From: Paraspadella gotoi
Taxonomy: Eukaryota; Animalia; Chaetognatha
DNA: 20,808 nucleotides
Direction: 5' to 3'
Assembly (NCBI GenBank): GCA_051294375.1
Contig: CM119270.1
Span: 3,444,303 to 3,465,110, forward strand
The translations under genes and the position numbers were made by a program. Below, piece by piece: positions 19,761 through 20,808 of the stretch. A model generated the notes under the pieces. That model was not told the origin of the DNA and did not search any database. It saw nothing but the letters and a program-made list of their open reading frames with translations. Within the stretch, counting starts at the first letter, position 1. Each line of letters starts with the position of its first letter.

Positions 19761-19814
19761 TTATACTTATTCACAATCTATCGCTCTCTCTCTTCGTCCT
19801 CTCCTACATTTCAC

Positions 19815-20538
19815 CTGAATCCCTTCACATTCCTATAATTCACGTCAACGACGTATTGTCCGAGATCTTCAGCTCCATACCAAAACCCGTCCACAACATC
19901 GACGGGCGGATTGGCGAGAATCAGACACGACACCGACAGCAGCCCTTCGGGCGTCCGCAGCGCCGGCTGCACCCCTGCGCACGAGGTCGTCGGCGCAAAC
20001 CGCACCCCCAGCGGTCGCGTCCGGCATTCCGGCGCCGGAAACGAAGCGTTCCAAGCCGGATGCCGGATTCGGCAAGCGACTCGGGCCCCGTTATCGGCCG
20101 GCGTCGTCGCCACGCGATACTTGGACACGACGCTGTGGGCGTAAGTGTCGTATTGATTGCTCTCCAACCCTCGGCGACTCAGCGCCGTCTTGTCCCATTC
20201 CACGTGAGGATGAGCGCCGCCGTGAGACGTGACGCCGCAAGTGAGTTCGGCGGCGTCGCCGGCGCGTAAGGAGGAGGCGCGCGTCCAACAGGACGGCGCC
20301 TTGACGACGGTGAGAGTGACGTTGCGCGTTTGACCCAATTGATTCTGGCATCGATAGAGACCGGCGTCCGAAGGTTGGACGTCGTGGACGATAAGATCGT
20401 ATCGCGTCGAGTTCATCGAGATATCGAATTTGAGACGAGGGAAGGAAGAGGAGAGAAATCGGGCGCCGCCAACGAAGATAGTCTTGGAATCGCGGATCCA
20501 CCAAAGGACGTCGGTGGTGGAAGGGGTTGGGGTGGGAG
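19815..20538 (-). CDS. Ig-superfamily receptor (nectin/CADM/KIRREL-like architecture), ectodomain exon (724 nt); upstream exons lie outside the window
   Basis: Acceptor TCTCTTCTCCAG|CT (phase 1), donor CAG|GTGAAA. V-type motifs LWWIRD...YDLIVHDVQPSDAGLYRC...VTLTV; C2-type LTC...PHVEW...DNGARVACRIRHPA; third domain VSCLILANPP...FWY; sequons NST, NVT, NAS. The spliced exons give about 560 aa to the first stop. Confidence 0.92.
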
Positions 20539-20656
20539 CTGGAGAAGAGAGGGGGGTGGGAGGTGGAGATTTAGGGGGTGAGATGGGGGGGTTGGATGGG
20601 GGGGAGATGTTGTCGTCGTCGTTGGTGGATAGGAAGGTAAATAAAGGAATAAAGAT

Positions 20657-20667
20657 AGAAAGAAGGA

Positions 20668-20747
<80 letters not shown>

Positions 20748-20808
20748 ATGATAAAAGAAAGAAAGAAAGAAAAAAAGAAAATGAATTTTAAAAAAAGAAA
20801 GAAAGAAA
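20657..20808. repeat. (GAAA)n microsatellite, intronic
   Basis: Direct inspection. Confidence 0.95.

Overview
Eukaryotic draft-assembly window, most likely an invertebrate animal (GT-AG introns, many microsatellites, four N-gaps). The right third holds the 3' part of a minus-strand immunoglobulin-superfamily type I membrane receptor (V-like Ig, C2-like Ig, a third atypical Ig, TM, Tyr-rich tail; nectin/CADM/KIRREL-like layout). I rebuilt it as five frame-consistent exons: 20538-19815, 19078-18785, 18719-18477, 17299-16964 and 16516-16429. The main finding is at its stop codon. The stop lies in the canonical readthrough context UGA-CUAG, a ~21-bp long-range RNA stem begins 9 nt later, and 176 further in-frame sense codons follow, rich in Tyr/SH2 and SH3 motifs. 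This is a strong candidate for programmed stop-codon readthrough that switches the receptor tail. The left end carries a minus-strand ORF of at least 385 codons (1157 to <1), missing from the ORF track, which encodes an acidic low-complexity protein and has promoter-like motifs upstream. The centre has a ~4.8-kb repeat-free, CpG-rich block ending in a poly(A) tract that I could not identify.
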